Positions 35,455-44,384 of a stretch of 64,000 nucleotides of DNA are shown piece after piece; position 1 is the first letter of the stretch, and each line of letters begins with the position of its first letter. The translations under genes and the position numbers were made by a program. The notes under the pieces are model-generated. The model searched no databases, was not told the origin of the DNA, and saw only the letters and a program-made list of their open reading frames with translations. Origin of the DNA: Candidatus Sulfotelmatobacter sp. (GTDB taxonomy: Bacteria > Verrucomicrobiota > Verrucomicrobiia > Limisphaerales > UBA11358). Where the stretch lies: positions 1,621 to 65,620 of the forward strand of contig DATHOG010000166.1 in the NCBI GenBank assembly GCA_035485115.1, in the 5' to 3' direction.

Positions 35455-35964
35455 TTACCAGGCCCGCTCGGCCAGCAACTCGGTTATATTGCGTGCAAGA
35501 TCCTCGGCGAGAAGCGGTTGCGCCTGCCGTTCGGCGCTGGCAAGGTCCTGCCCGATGGCAACGAGGGTGTGCCCCCGCACCTCCCGGTCCAGCAATACCT
35601 TGCCGGTGCTGCGTTCGCGGGCGATCACGTGGACGACGACCTCAATCCGGTAATTTTCCGGCGTGATGGCGTCTGTGCCGGAGTAGCCCAGGCCGGCGCG
35701 CCGGTAGGCGGTGATCACGCCGCTGACGATGATATCGCCGCCGCCCTGCGTATCGAGATGGTAGGTGGCGTCTTCCTGGAACCGTTCGCGGAGGGCCTGG
35801 GTAAACGCATCGCCCAGGCGCGGTTCGAGCGTCTGGTTGTTGAACGGCTGTACTTCAACGGAATGGTTTCCATCCTTGTCCGGCATGGGGCCGAGGTGAT
35901 AGCTCGCGCAACCGGCGAGGGCAAAGGCGAGGGCGGCAGGCAGAAAGATTTTCAGCAGTCGCAT
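35455..35964 (-). CDS. Lipoprotein, LptE-like (LPS-assembly lipoprotein family suspected)
   Basis: 169 aa with lipobox LAGC at residues 16-19. Size and the pattern VEVQPFNNQTLEPRLGDAFTQALRERF match LptE-type lipoproteins. Lies directly downstream of the BamD-like gene. Confidence 0.5.
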   Translation of the reverse strand: MRLLKIFLPAALAFALAGCASYHLGPMPDKDGNHSVEVQPFNNQTLEPRLGDAFTQALRERFQEDATYHLDTQGGGDIIVSGVITAYRRAGLGYSGTDAITPENYRIEVVVHVIARERSTGKVLLDREVRGHTLVAIGQDLASAERQAQPLLAEDLARNITELLAERAW

Positions 35965-35972
35965 CTTGGAAA

Positions 35973-36962
35973 TCAGTTGTGCGAAGACATCTGCAGGCGC
36001 GGTTTCAACACATCAATGCGCTGGCGTGCCTGGGCGGCGAGCGGGGAACCCGCATCGAGCTGCAGCACGTCGTTGTAATAGACGACGGCGCCCGCCCATT
36101 TGTGGTTGGCCTCATAATACCGGGCAATCTGGAAGCTGCCTTGCACCTGTTCCGCCTTCATTTTGACGATGGCGTTTTGCGCCGCCGGCACGCGTTTGTC
36201 ATCGGGAAAAAACGTGATGAAGTCGGTATAGGAGGCGATGGCCTTGCTCGCGCAGCTCTGGTCGTACTCCGCCGTGTCCGCCTGTTTTTCCCAGGCGACG
36301 CCCGCGCGGTACATCGCGTCCGCGGCGATATCCGGCTGGTCATGGTAACGGTCGGCCGCGAGTTCGTAGGCCTTCACGGCCTCGGCGTAATCCTTTTGTT
36401 TTTCGCGCGCGGCGCCGATGCGCAACTGCGCGTGCGGGGCGACGTCGCTGAACGGCCCGTTGTCCACGATTTTTCCGTACAGTTTCGCGGTTTCATCCAT
36501 CGAGGGAAAAAACGGGATCACGCCCCAGACCCGGAACCATTCGCCGCCGAGAAAACGGTTGGCGATCTCGTATTGACGGACCAGCACCTCGTTGTACTCG
36601 CCGCTTTTCGGATACTTGGTCATGATGCTCTGGTAGGCATTGAAGGCGGCCTCGTCCTTGCCCTGGGTTTCCAGGCAGCGGCCGAGCAGGTATTCCGCGC
36701 GCGGCGAATAGTCGGAGAGCGGCCAGATGCGCAGGACGCGGTGGCAGGCATGGATGGTGGTCGCGTAATCCCGGGCCTTGAAGGCATCCTCGGCGACCTG
36801 CAATTGATCCTTGGCGCGCGAACGCTGCCAGCTCAACGTCTCGCCGTAGCTTTCGTAATACCAGCCTTCACCGGGAATATACACCAGCGGGGCGGGGGAA
36901 CGGAACGGCAGCAGCGCGATGAACGCGACCAGCAATATCCAGAATGAAAGGCGGCTTGCCAT
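35973..36962 (-). CDS. bamD: BamD/YfiO-like TPR outer-membrane assembly factor
   Basis: Start at MASRLSFWILLVAFIALL (complement of 36960-36962). TPR-like helical repeats with the typical ...AEDAFKARDYATTI..., TKYPKSGEYNEVL, YTDFITFFPDDKRVPAAQ. No lipobox Cys was seen. Confidence 0.55.
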   Translation of the reverse strand: MASRLSFWILLVAFIALLPFRSPAPLVYIPGEGWYYESYGETLSWQRSRAKDQLQVAEDAFKARDYATTIHACHRVLRIWPLSDYSPRAEYLLGRCLETQGKDEAAFNAYQSIMTKYPKSGEYNEVLVRQYEIANRFLGGEWFRVWGVIPFFPSMDETAKLYGKIVDNGPFSDVAPHAQLRIGAAREKQKDYAEAVKAYELAADRYHDQPDIAADAMYRAGVAWEKQADTAEYDQSCASKAIASYTDFITFFPDDKRVPAAQNAIVKMKAEQVQGSFQIARYYEANHKWAGAVVYYNDVLQLDAGSPLAAQARQRIDVLKPRLQMSSHN

Positions 36963-37003
36963 GTCCAAACGGTAATGGCGTCCGGTGTTCAAGTCAAAAC
37001 CAT

Positions 37004-37507
37004 TCAACCCCGGTAAACCATCAGCACGCCGTAATCCGTCATGATCTTTTGCGTGCCCACGTCGAACTGCTCATAGGCGATCGTATGGATGCTGATGAGG
37101 TTGGTTTCGCCAATCGTGTTCAAGTATTCCGAAACCCGGTCATCGAAATGATCGTGCCCGGACTCGATGCACTGGGCGCGGCGGATGGTGTGGATGCGGA
37201 GGCGTTTGCCCGAACCTTTTTGGACGACCTCCAGCGGCGGCTTCGGCTTGTCGATCAACATCTCGCCCGGCTTGTCGCGCACCGGGACCTTCAGGTGCAG
37301 TTCCGGTTTTTTTAACGCCGGGGGCGCAGAGGGCGGGCCGGACGGGGGCGGCGGTGTGACCGACGGCAGGGGGCCGGTGGTGACTTTGCCGGTGGCGGGA
37401 ATGGTGATGGCGGTATTGCAGGCGGGGCATTCGATCTGCGTGCCGGCGCCGCTCTCGTCCACGGCCAGTTCCTGGTCGCAGTTCGGACAGTTGAAGACGA
37501 TGTCCAT
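37004..37507 (-). CDS. Zinc-ribbon protein with proline-rich linker and conserved C-terminal domain, unknown function
   Basis: MDIVFNCPNCDQELAVDESGAGTQIECPACNTAITIP, then a PPPPSGPPSAPP linker and a compact C-terminal domain of about 70 aa. Its stop abuts the BamD-like gene. Confidence 0.6.
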   Translation of the reverse strand: MDIVFNCPNCDQELAVDESGAGTQIECPACNTAITIPATGKVTTGPLPSVTPPPPSGPPSAPPALKKPELHLKVPVRDKPGEMLIDKPKPPLEVVQKGSGKRLRIHTIRRAQCIESGHDHFDDRVSEYLNTIGETNLISIHTIAYEQFDVGTQKIMTDYGVLMVYRG

Positions 37508-37702
37508 AGTTCAGGGTTTTGTTGGCCAGAGCCTAAATCCGTCGCGACCGGCAAACCAGAAAATAATCGCGGCCGCAGGAGCCAAAGGAAAAAGGAAAAA
37601 ATAGAAGGAAACGGGGGGGAAACCGGCAACCTGAAATCTGCAACCCAGAGAGAGGGGTGAACACCTGATGGTCGGAATGCAGTGGCGGTGCATAATCGGG
37701 GG

Positions 37703-37870
37703 ATGAATCAGCCTGCCCGTACTCGTCGTCGGCCCAAGCCGGAGCTTTCGGCGCATCAAAAACAAATGCGCTTTTTCACCTGCCTGGCCATGGCGGTGGG
37801 TTTCATATTGTTTGCCGCAATCTTCTGGTTTATCAACCGGACCAGCCTCGTCACCGTCAGCGCTCACTGA
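37703..37870 (+). CDS. Possible small single-pass membrane protein
   Basis: MNQPARTRRRPKPELSAHQKQMRFFTCLAMAVGFILFAAIFWFINRTSL: a basic N-terminus plus one TM helix. It is the only plausible ORF in the 600-nt gap; the minus-strand ORF 37511..37984 looks like noise. Confidence 0.3.
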   Translation: MNQPARTRRRPKPELSAHQKQMRFFTCLAMAVGFILFAAIFWFINRTSLVTVSAH

Positions 37871-38104
37871 AAAAATTTGCCGCACTGAAACCTGGGCGGA
37901 TAGTTGATGGTTTGATCGGCGGTCCTTCCGGACGGGCACTATTTGGGGACAGCGCGCTCTGCCAGTCGCAATTAATTTAGCCAAAGCAACTTAAGTATCT
38001 TTTCCGAGTTTTGCTGACTTTTGGCAGGTTTGAATAATGACGCCGGCGAAGCCGGTCTTACCACACCAATCTGGTGCTGGCAACGGGAGGGGCAACTTGG
38101 CCCC

Positions 38105-39364
38105 TTACATGAAGTTGTTCAATACACCCTTCAACAAACCCGGCTTGGGTTCCGGCTTGATGACGGGCAGGGGCGCGACCGTCGGCGGCGCGGGCGGGGG
38201 GACTTCCGCCGCCTCGACCACCATCATCTTCGCCGTCGCGACCTTGGTCGAGCGCTGCTGCATGTTCGAATGCGTATGGTCGAGCCGCTGGCGCATGGTC
38301 GGCTTGTTGATGCTGTACTGCATGGCGGTGTCCTCGGTGATGTCGCCGTCGAGGTGGGCTTTCAACAGGGATTGTTCAAAACTATGCCAGCCATTGGAGG
38401 TGCCGGCCTCGATGATCTCGTGCAGGCGGCGGTTTTCGTTTTCGCCCAGTTCAATCGCCTCGCGCGTGCGCAGGCTGCTGCCCATGAATTCGGTGACGAG
38501 GAGGCGGCCGCCGGATTTTTTCGGGACCAACCGCTGGCCGACGACATAGCGCAGGGTGCCCGCGAGCCGTTCGCGCACGAGTTGTTCCTCGTCCTTGGTG
38601 AACAGGCCGAGAATGCGGTGGATGGTCTGGTCGGCGCTGATGGTGTGCAGCGTGGCGAAAACCAGGTGGCCGGTCTCACCGGCCGTGAGCGCGATCTCCA
38701 TGGTCTCGCGGTCGCGGATTTCGCCAACCAGGATGACCTTCGGCGCCTGGCGCAGGGCGGAGCGCAGACCGTCGGGGAAACTGAAAAAGTCGCGGCCAAA
38801 TTCGCGCTGGCTGAAGGTGGACTTCAACTGCGGATGCATGAATTCGATGGGGTCCTCGAGCGTCACCACGTGGACCTTGCTGGTGGCGTTGATTTCATTC
38901 AGCAACGCGGCGAGGGTGGTGGTCTTGCCGTTGCCGGTGCCGCCGGTGATGAACACGAGGCCGTTTTTCTCCTCGATGATGCTTTTGAAGACCGGCGGGA
39001 GGTTGAGCGCCTCGAGCGACGGCACCATGGGGGCGAGCCGGCGCATGACCATCGCGAAACTGCCGCGCTGCTTGTAGATGTTCACGCGGAAACGGCAGGT
39101 ATCCGCGAGGGCATAGCTGCAGTCGCACGCGCCGGTGCGGTCCAAATCCTCCTGAAGCTTGGCATTGCCGGCGATGATGACGCGCGCAAAGCCCTCGATG
39201 CGCGGGCCGTTCAACATCGGCTCGCCCAGCCCGGGCGTTTCCAGTTGCCCGTGGACCTCGACCTGCGGCAGCTTGCCGGGCACGAACAACAGGTCGGAGA
39301 TGTCCTTGTGGCTCTCCACCATGAGGCTGAGGAGACGGTTGAATTCTGCAAATGTATTGTCCAT
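38105..39364 (-). CDS. pilT: PilT/PilU-family type IV pilus retraction-type ATPase with extended Pro-rich C-terminal tail
   Basis: Walker A GGTGNGKTTT, Asp box VVTLEDPIEF, Walker B KVILVGEIRD, His box GHLVFATLHT. About 70 extra C-terminal residues follow (...EVPPPAPPTVAPLPVIKPEPKPGLL...). Confidence 0.85.
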   Translation of the reverse strand: MDNTFAEFNRLLSLMVESHKDISDLLFVPGKLPQVEVHGQLETPGLGEPMLNGPRIEGFARVIIAGNAKLQEDLDRTGACDCSYALADTCRFRVNIYKQRGSFAMVMRRLAPMVPSLEALNLPPVFKSIIEEKNGLVFITGGTGNGKTTTLAALLNEINATSKVHVVTLEDPIEFMHPQLKSTFSQREFGRDFFSFPDGLRSALRQAPKVILVGEIRDRETMEIALTAGETGHLVFATLHTISADQTIHRILGLFTKDEEQLVRERLAGTLRYVVGQRLVPKKSGGRLLVTEFMGSSLRTREAIELGENENRRLHEIIEAGTSNGWHSFEQSLLKAHLDGDITEDTAMQYSINKPTMRQRLDHTHSNMQQRSTKVATAKMMVVEAAEVPPPAPPTVAPLPVIKPEPKPGLLKGVLNNFM

Positions 39365-39367
39365 AGG

Positions 39368-39847
39368 TCAGATTTTTTTGCGAAATAATTCCTGGGGTTG
39401 GGCGACGTTCAACACGGACAGGTCAAAACCGTTATCGGGGTTGCGGACCTTGGCCTCGACGAGCTGGCGGGCGACGATGCTGGCGCAATTCGCGCTGTAA
39501 TATTTTACCAGGCCCGCGCCGGCCGATGATTTGAAAAGCACGATTAGCAGGCAATGCACGTCGATTTCGGAGACGAACACGCTGAGTTTTTCGCCCTGCT
39601 GGTAGGTATTGTGGAAATTCTTTTCGCCGACCAGCCCCGCGATGGTCTGGCTGGCCATGAAGGCCCCGCTCGCCAGCGCCGCCAGCGTGGTCAGGTCCGC
39701 GTCGCCCGCGTCGCCCTGGCTCGTGATCATAAAACCGCCCTTGTCCACGATGAGCGCGGCGGTGGCCGAGGTCTGGACGAGGAACTCGCGCAGCGCGTCG
39801 TCAAACGTTCGGGCGTCTTCCTCCAGGAGTTGCGGGAGCGTGGCCAT
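39368..39847 (-). CDS. mglB: MglB-like Roadblock/LC7 domain protein (GTPase-activating partner of MglA)
   Basis: 159 aa. AALIVDKGGFMITSQGDAGDADLTTLAALASGAFMASQTIAGLVGE...LSVFVSEIDVHCLLIVLF aligns by eye with Myxococcus MglB. Its start lies 1 nt downstream of the mglA stop. Confidence 0.8.
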   Translation of the reverse strand: MATLPQLLEEDARTFDDALREFLVQTSATAALIVDKGGFMITSQGDAGDADLTTLAALASGAFMASQTIAGLVGEKNFHNTYQQGEKLSVFVSEIDVHCLLIVLFKSSAGAGLVKYYSANCASIVARQLVEAKVRNPDNGFDLSVLNVAQPQELFRKKI

Positions 39848-39848
39848 T

Positions 39849-40463
39849 TTATGCGTATTGCGGCGTGGACTGGTTGATGAACTTCTGCAACAACATCCGG
39901 GTGATCATGTTGAGGCTTTCAAACACGCCTTCGCATTTGTGGGCCGTCGCTTCGAACGAAGGGACCTGAACCTCGCGGTTGTTCAGCAGGTATTCCATGT
40001 ATTCGACCGGCGCGGCATTGGGCAGATCGCGCTTGTTGTACTGCAAAACATAGGGGATTTCCGCCAGGTTCAGCTTCTGCGACGTGAGGTTGTCCATCAG
40101 GTTTTGGAAGCTCTCGACGTTCTCCGGCATCTTTTCGTACTGCGAATCCGCCACGAACACGATCCCGTCCACCCCGCGCAGAACGAGCTGGCGCGTGGTG
40201 TTGTAGATCACCTGGCCGGGAACCGTGTAAAGCTGGAACTTCGTCTTGAAGCCGCGGATCGTCATCGCCTCGATGGGGAGAAAATCGAAGAACAGCGTGC
40301 GGTCGGAACTCGTCGCGAGCGAGACGAGCTTGCCTTTGTTGCCGCTGACGGTCTGCACATGGTCGTGAACCTGTACCAGATTCGTCGTCTTGCCGCCCAT
40401 CGCGGGGCCGTAAAAGACGATCTTGACCTGTAATTCTTTGGTAGCTTGATTGATGATTGCCAT
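39849..40463 (-). CDS. mglA: MglA, Ras-like small GTPase of the gliding/polarity family
   Basis: Start at MAIINQATKELQVKIVFYGPAMGGKTTNL (complement of 40461-40463). DRTLFFDFLP, LYTVPGQV, VFVADSQ and QYNKRDLPNA closely follow M. xanthus MglA. Confidence 0.9.
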   Translation of the reverse strand: MAIINQATKELQVKIVFYGPAMGGKTTNLVQVHDHVQTVSGNKGKLVSLATSSDRTLFFDFLPIEAMTIRGFKTKFQLYTVPGQVIYNTTRQLVLRGVDGIVFVADSQYEKMPENVESFQNLMDNLTSQKLNLAEIPYVLQYNKRDLPNAAPVEYMEYLLNNREVQVPSFEATAHKCEGVFESLNMITRMLLQKFINQSTPQYA

Positions 40464-40479
40464 AAACAACTTGGTAATA

Positions 40480-42261
40480 TTAAAACTGTTTTTTGCGGTC
40501 GAGTTCCGCCGCGAGCCCGACGAGCTGCGCCTTCGGCAGGGATTCACCCGCACGGCCGAACGCCGCGAAATAGATTGAGTTCACACGGAAAATTTTCCAC
40601 GGCACGTTGCCGATGGTGAAACCGACGTTGTTCAGCGCGCCCATCCGCAGTTCGCGCGTGCTCTGGTTCACCCGTTCGAAGATCTGCGGCAAAAACGCGG
40701 CGATCGCGTCCGCATTCAGCTCGGCGGGCACGTTGCTTGCCACGCGCAAACCGTCCGCGAGCGCCACGACTGCGCCGGTGACTCCCGGCAGGGCCAGCGC
40801 GCGGGATACAACCTCCTGCGGGTGCGCCTGGCGGTTGATGAAATCTGTCTGCGGCGCGGCGGCCATGCGCAACACTGGCGCATCCTGCTTGTCCGCGGCG
40901 GTGAAGAAATTAGTGTCTGCCACTTTTTGTACGGCCAGCGCGGCCGGCGCGATAGGCGCGGCGGCAGGCGGGTCGATTGTTTGCGCTGCCGGATCGGAAT
41001 TTCCGTTCGGGAAACCGAAAAACAGGTTGGGGATCTCTTCCGCGACCTGGACCTTACGTTTTGTAAAGCCGTTTTTCTGTGCGGCCATGAACGCCGGCGC
41101 GAGCACCTTCAACGGCAGCTCCAGCGGCAAATCGTCAAAGGGCGAGGCGGGCGAACCCGGTCTCGCCAGCGCGCGCACTTCCTTCCAGGTCATCGTCACG
41201 CGACCGCGTTTCAGGCCCGCGTCCACAAAGGCGGAATTCAGGGGCACATTCGAGAAACCGCCCGCCATGATCTCGTCTTTCAATTCCTGCGGCCAGTTTT
41301 CCGCGAGGTCGTCGAGCGTTATGTGAAGCACAGACTGCGCAGGCTGCGGACGCGGCGCGGAGGAATTCGCCGGCGTTGGCGCTGCGGGCGCAGTCGAAAA
41401 TTTGAACGGCGGCAGGGCGGAATTGCCGTTGGAGTGTCCAATCGGGTGACCATTGCCGTTGCCTTGGCCATTTTTGTTTTGCGGCGGCTGGGGAAAAACC
41501 GGGGCAACGGGAGTGATTGGGGCGGCCGGCGCGGCCGGTGGCACGACCTGACGCGGTTTGAAGGTAAAAACTTCGGTGTCACTGGTAGGCGCGGGCGCAA
41601 TGACGCGCGGCGGAAGGGGGGACGGCTTGGGGATGATTGGCGGCGGCGTGAACGGCACGGGATTGTTCTGCGCCCGCAGGTCCGTGACGGAGGGCGATGC
41701 GGCGGACGGCTTCAAGGGCTGGGTGGTGAAGGTGAGGCCCCGACCGCGTCCATCAAAGGGTCCGGATATGTCCCCGGTAACGTCCACTTTTTGCACCGGC
41801 TTGCGCGAGAGGAGCGCGGGGTTCAGGCGTGACAAAATTTCAGGCAACGGCAGGATGATCTGGCGGCTGTCATGTTCGCCGCCGGAGTTGGCGAACATTC
41901 CCGGGGCCAGGCGGCGCAGTTCGCCGAAGGAGATTTTCACCGAACCGAACGCGAGCTGCTGCAGGACGGTTTCCACCGCAAGCGCAATCATCTGTCCCGG
42001 TTGCGGGGAAGACATAAGCTTCGACTTCAAGTCCATTGGCAGGTGCGTCACAACACTGGTGAGCGGGATGAAAATTTCCGTGGCATCGGCCCCCGTGTTG
42101 CGTGCCGCCGCGGCGGCGGCCCGGCGCTGAAATTCCGTTGGTGTTTCCGGCGGCGGGGTGGCGGCGGGCGGCGGCGTGGGCGGTGCCACCTGCCGCGCGG
42201 GTGAGGAATCTTCCGCGTGACGCAGCAGGCTCCTGAAGAAGCCTGCGAATTTTAATTTCAT
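40480..42261 (-). CDS. Proline-rich scaffold protein with two copies of a 60-aa module and a C-terminal Roadblock/LC7-like domain
   Basis: About 593 aa from MKLKFAGFF. The repeated module is seen at IFIPLTSVVTHLPMDLKSKL...VKISFGELRRLAPGMF and LHITLDDLAENWPQELKDEI...RVTMTWKEVRALARPG. There are long PxP tracts. The C-terminus ALALPGVTGAVVALADGLRVASNVPAELNADAIAAFLPQIFERVNQSTRELRMG...WKIFRVNSIYFAAFG looks like Roadblock. Confidence 0.65.
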   Translation of the reverse strand: MKLKFAGFFRSLLRHAEDSSPARQVAPPTPPPAATPPPETPTEFQRRAAAAAARNTGADATEIFIPLTSVVTHLPMDLKSKLMSSPQPGQMIALAVETVLQQLAFGSVKISFGELRRLAPGMFANSGGEHDSRQIILPLPEILSRLNPALLSRKPVQKVDVTGDISGPFDGRGRGLTFTTQPLKPSAASPSVTDLRAQNNPVPFTPPPIIPKPSPLPPRVIAPAPTSDTEVFTFKPRQVVPPAAPAAPITPVAPVFPQPPQNKNGQGNGNGHPIGHSNGNSALPPFKFSTAPAAPTPANSSAPRPQPAQSVLHITLDDLAENWPQELKDEIMAGGFSNVPLNSAFVDAGLKRGRVTMTWKEVRALARPGSPASPFDDLPLELPLKVLAPAFMAAQKNGFTKRKVQVAEEIPNLFFGFPNGNSDPAAQTIDPPAAAPIAPAALAVQKVADTNFFTAADKQDAPVLRMAAAPQTDFINRQAHPQEVVSRALALPGVTGAVVALADGLRVASNVPAELNADAIAAFLPQIFERVNQSTRELRMGALNNVGFTIGNVPWKIFRVNSIYFAAFGRAGESLPKAQLVGLAAELDRKKQF

Positions 42262-42540
42262 CGTGCTAGCCATGACTTGGTATGTGTCGCAAACTTTGGC
42301 GACGCTGTACTTGAGCAATAACCCTGCCAGCCTGAAAAAGGGGTGTTTTGATGATAAAAATTGTCCTGCAGTTGGACTGGTCCGCGGGGAAATGTCCTAT
42401 TTGCGGCGATAAAACATATTTTCAAACGAAACGTGTTCAAACGGAACGCGGATTGCTTAGAATGATTGAAAAGAAGAATGGTTTGGCGCTTGAGTTTGCG
42501 CCTTGCTGCATTTAGCGGTACGGTAATTAATAGCTATCAG

Positions 42541-43617
42541 ATGGAACAAAGGAACAAAATCTTGGTGCTGGATGATGACGAGGACTGGTTGCTGCTCTGT
42601 CGCGACCTGTTCAGCTCGCTGCCCAGCCAGCCGGAAGTCTTCACCGCCAACTCCGCGCGCCGGGCGCTGACCATCATCGAGGCCGAAAAAATCCGGCTGC
42701 TCATCTGCGACCTGAAAATGCCGCGCATCGACGGATTGCAGATGCTCGCCATCGTGCGCCGGCGCTTTCCGGGATTGCGCACGATTGTCTTGAGCGGCCT
42801 GGAGGACGAGGAGTACCGTTCACGCGCCTACGCGCTGGGCGTGGACTTGTTCTGGTTGAAAACCGAGATGCAGCGGAACACGAAGTTCTTCAACGAATGT
42901 CTCGAGTCGCTGATGAGCAATAATACGGTCGAAGGCGACACCGGCTTCCGCGGCATCCAGAGCAAAAGCCTCATGGACATCATCCAGATGGAATGTCTTT
43001 CCCGCAGTTCCACGGTGTTGCGCATCACGCGCGGGCCGCTGGTGGCTAAAGTGTGGATCCAGGATGGCGATTTGATCGATGCCGAGTGCGACGGCGCGCG
43101 CGGCGAGGCGGCGTTTCAACGACTGCTCGCGTGGAAATCCGGGTCGTTCGAAAATCTTCCCCCCGAGCCGAACCGCGAACGCACGATCCAAAAATCCGTG
43201 AACGGCCTGCTGCTTGAATCCGCGCAGACGATGGATGAGAACGCCAATCCCGTCGGCCAGGATTCGATGGAAAGCGCGGCGCACCGCAAGACGATCTGGA
43301 AACTTTCACAACTCACGCGCGAGGGCGCGGATTTCATCCTGTCCGTGCCGCCGGAGGGGCAGGGCGAACCGGAAGCCATCGGCACCCAGAGCATCGCCTC
43401 GATCGCACATTGGTCGCGGCGCGCGGACGAGATCGCGCGGCGGCTGGGCGAAAAACTGGAGGCCGGGCCGTTGTCGCACGTCAGCGGGCAGAATTTGGAA
43501 CGCCAGGTGCTTCTGGTTTCACACGGTGACAAGGCATTTTTGGTCGGCTGGCCTGCGGACGCCGGCGGCAACCTGCCTGAAAAAACACGAAAAATTGCTG
43601 CATCATGGGATTCTTAA
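42541..43617 (+). CDS. Response-regulator receiver + DUF4388 (PATAN-like) protein with extra C-terminal domain
   Basis: Start at MEQRNKILVLDDDEDW. REC features: ICDLKMPRIDG, IVLSG. DUF4388-like: GFRGIQSKSLMDIIQMECLSRSSTVLRITRGPLVAKVWIQDGDLIDAECDGARGEAAFQRLLAWKSGSFE. The C-terminal domain of about 110 aa is of unknown (Roadblock-like?) fold. Confidence 0.75.
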   Translation: MEQRNKILVLDDDEDWLLLCRDLFSSLPSQPEVFTANSARRALTIIEAEKIRLLICDLKMPRIDGLQMLAIVRRRFPGLRTIVLSGLEDEEYRSRAYALGVDLFWLKTEMQRNTKFFNECLESLMSNNTVEGDTGFRGIQSKSLMDIIQMECLSRSSTVLRITRGPLVAKVWIQDGDLIDAECDGARGEAAFQRLLAWKSGSFENLPPEPNRERTIQKSVNGLLLESAQTMDENANPVGQDSMESAAHRKTIWKLSQLTREGADFILSVPPEGQGEPEAIGTQSIASIAHWSRRADEIARRLGEKLEAGPLSHVSGQNLERQVLLVSHGDKAFLVGWPADAGGNLPEKTRKIAASWDS

Positions 43618-43931
43618 AAAAATTATTCGGCGGCCTCGCGACCGTCCAGCAACTGCCCTCCGGCACGATCACGGTGGACAGGAGCGGACGCATCGTCGCC
43701 TCGACCGTGTCCACCCAATATCCGAAAAAGCTGCTGCAGATCATCGGGCACGACGTGCTCGAACTGCTCAGCGAAGCCCGGGCGGCGCAGATGCCGCTGG
43801 CCGAGTTGAGCCTGCATTTCGGCAGCCTGCGCATCACCGCCCGCGAACTGCGCGGCGGTGCCATCATCTTCCTCCTCCCGCAATCCGCGTTGCTGCCCGT
43901 TCCGCAACTGTCCAACCACCCACACGCATGA
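43605..43931 (+). CDS. Hypothetical 108-aa protein, translationally coupled on both sides
   Basis: MGFLKKLFGGLATVQQLPSGTITVDRSGRIVAST... Overlaps the upstream stop by 13 nt and the downstream start by 4 nt (ATGA at 43928-43931). Confidence 0.5.
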   Translation: MGFLKKLFGGLATVQQLPSGTITVDRSGRIVASTVSTQYPKKLLQIIGHDVLELLSEARAAQMPLAELSLHFGSLRITARELRGGAIIFLLPQSALLPVPQLSNHPHA

Positions 43932-44317
43932 GCACCAAAGACATCAACCAGCTGGTCACCCAGATCGAGACGCATATCGAGTGCTGGAAACAGTTCAACC
44001 AGTTCATCGCCTCGGCGCGCGCCAAGAAGTTCGGGCCGGCGGACGAGAACCATTTCCTCGAGATCAAAAGCATCATCGTGCAGGAGCTGGAATTGATCTA
44101 TTCCAGCATCGAGGTCCAGTCGCCCACGCGCGAAGAGATCCACCATCTCATCACCAACGCGCCCTCCCTGCGGTTCTTGAGCGAGATGAGCGAGGGCGGA
44201 CTGCGCGGCCTCGAAACGCAATGGCACAAGATCTACATCGGCTGGCATGCCATCCTCGGCCAGTTGAAGGTGAAACAGCGCGTCGTGGAGGAGAAAACCT
44301 TCTGGGGCAAAAAATAA
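43928..44317 (+). CDS. Hypothetical 129-aa helical protein
   Basis: MSTKDINQLVTQIETHIECWKQFNQFIASARAKKF..., the real 3' part of listed ORF 43214..44317. Composition is unbiased and coding-like. No family recognised. Confidence 0.6.
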   Translation: MSTKDINQLVTQIETHIECWKQFNQFIASARAKKFGPADENHFLEIKSIIVQELELIYSSIEVQSPTREEIHHLITNAPSLRFLSEMSEGGLRGLETQWHKIYIGWHAILGQLKVKQRVVEEKTFWGKK

Positions 44318-44384
44318 CCCGCCGGCGCAAACCATAGGAGGAAAAATTTCACCGGCAAAAAAATATTCCGCCCTGCGGTTTTTT

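Noticed and set aside
37511-37984. 157-aa minus-strand ORF in the gap between the PilT-like and zinc-ribbon genes
   Set aside because: The composition is incoherent and no motifs are present. The region is purine-rich on one strand and more likely non-coding. Only the small plus-strand membrane ORF is kept, at low confidence.
38021-39388. 455-aa plus-strand ORF opposite the PilT-like gene
   Set aside because: The PilT Walker A/B, Asp and His boxes are all on the minus strand. The plus-frame product is low-complexity (G/A/R/D-rich).
41300-41750. Apparent repetitive DNA in the scaffold gene
   Set aside because: It is Pro/Ala codon-biased low complexity encoding PxP tracts, not a true tandem DNA repeat. 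No fixed unit could be defined.
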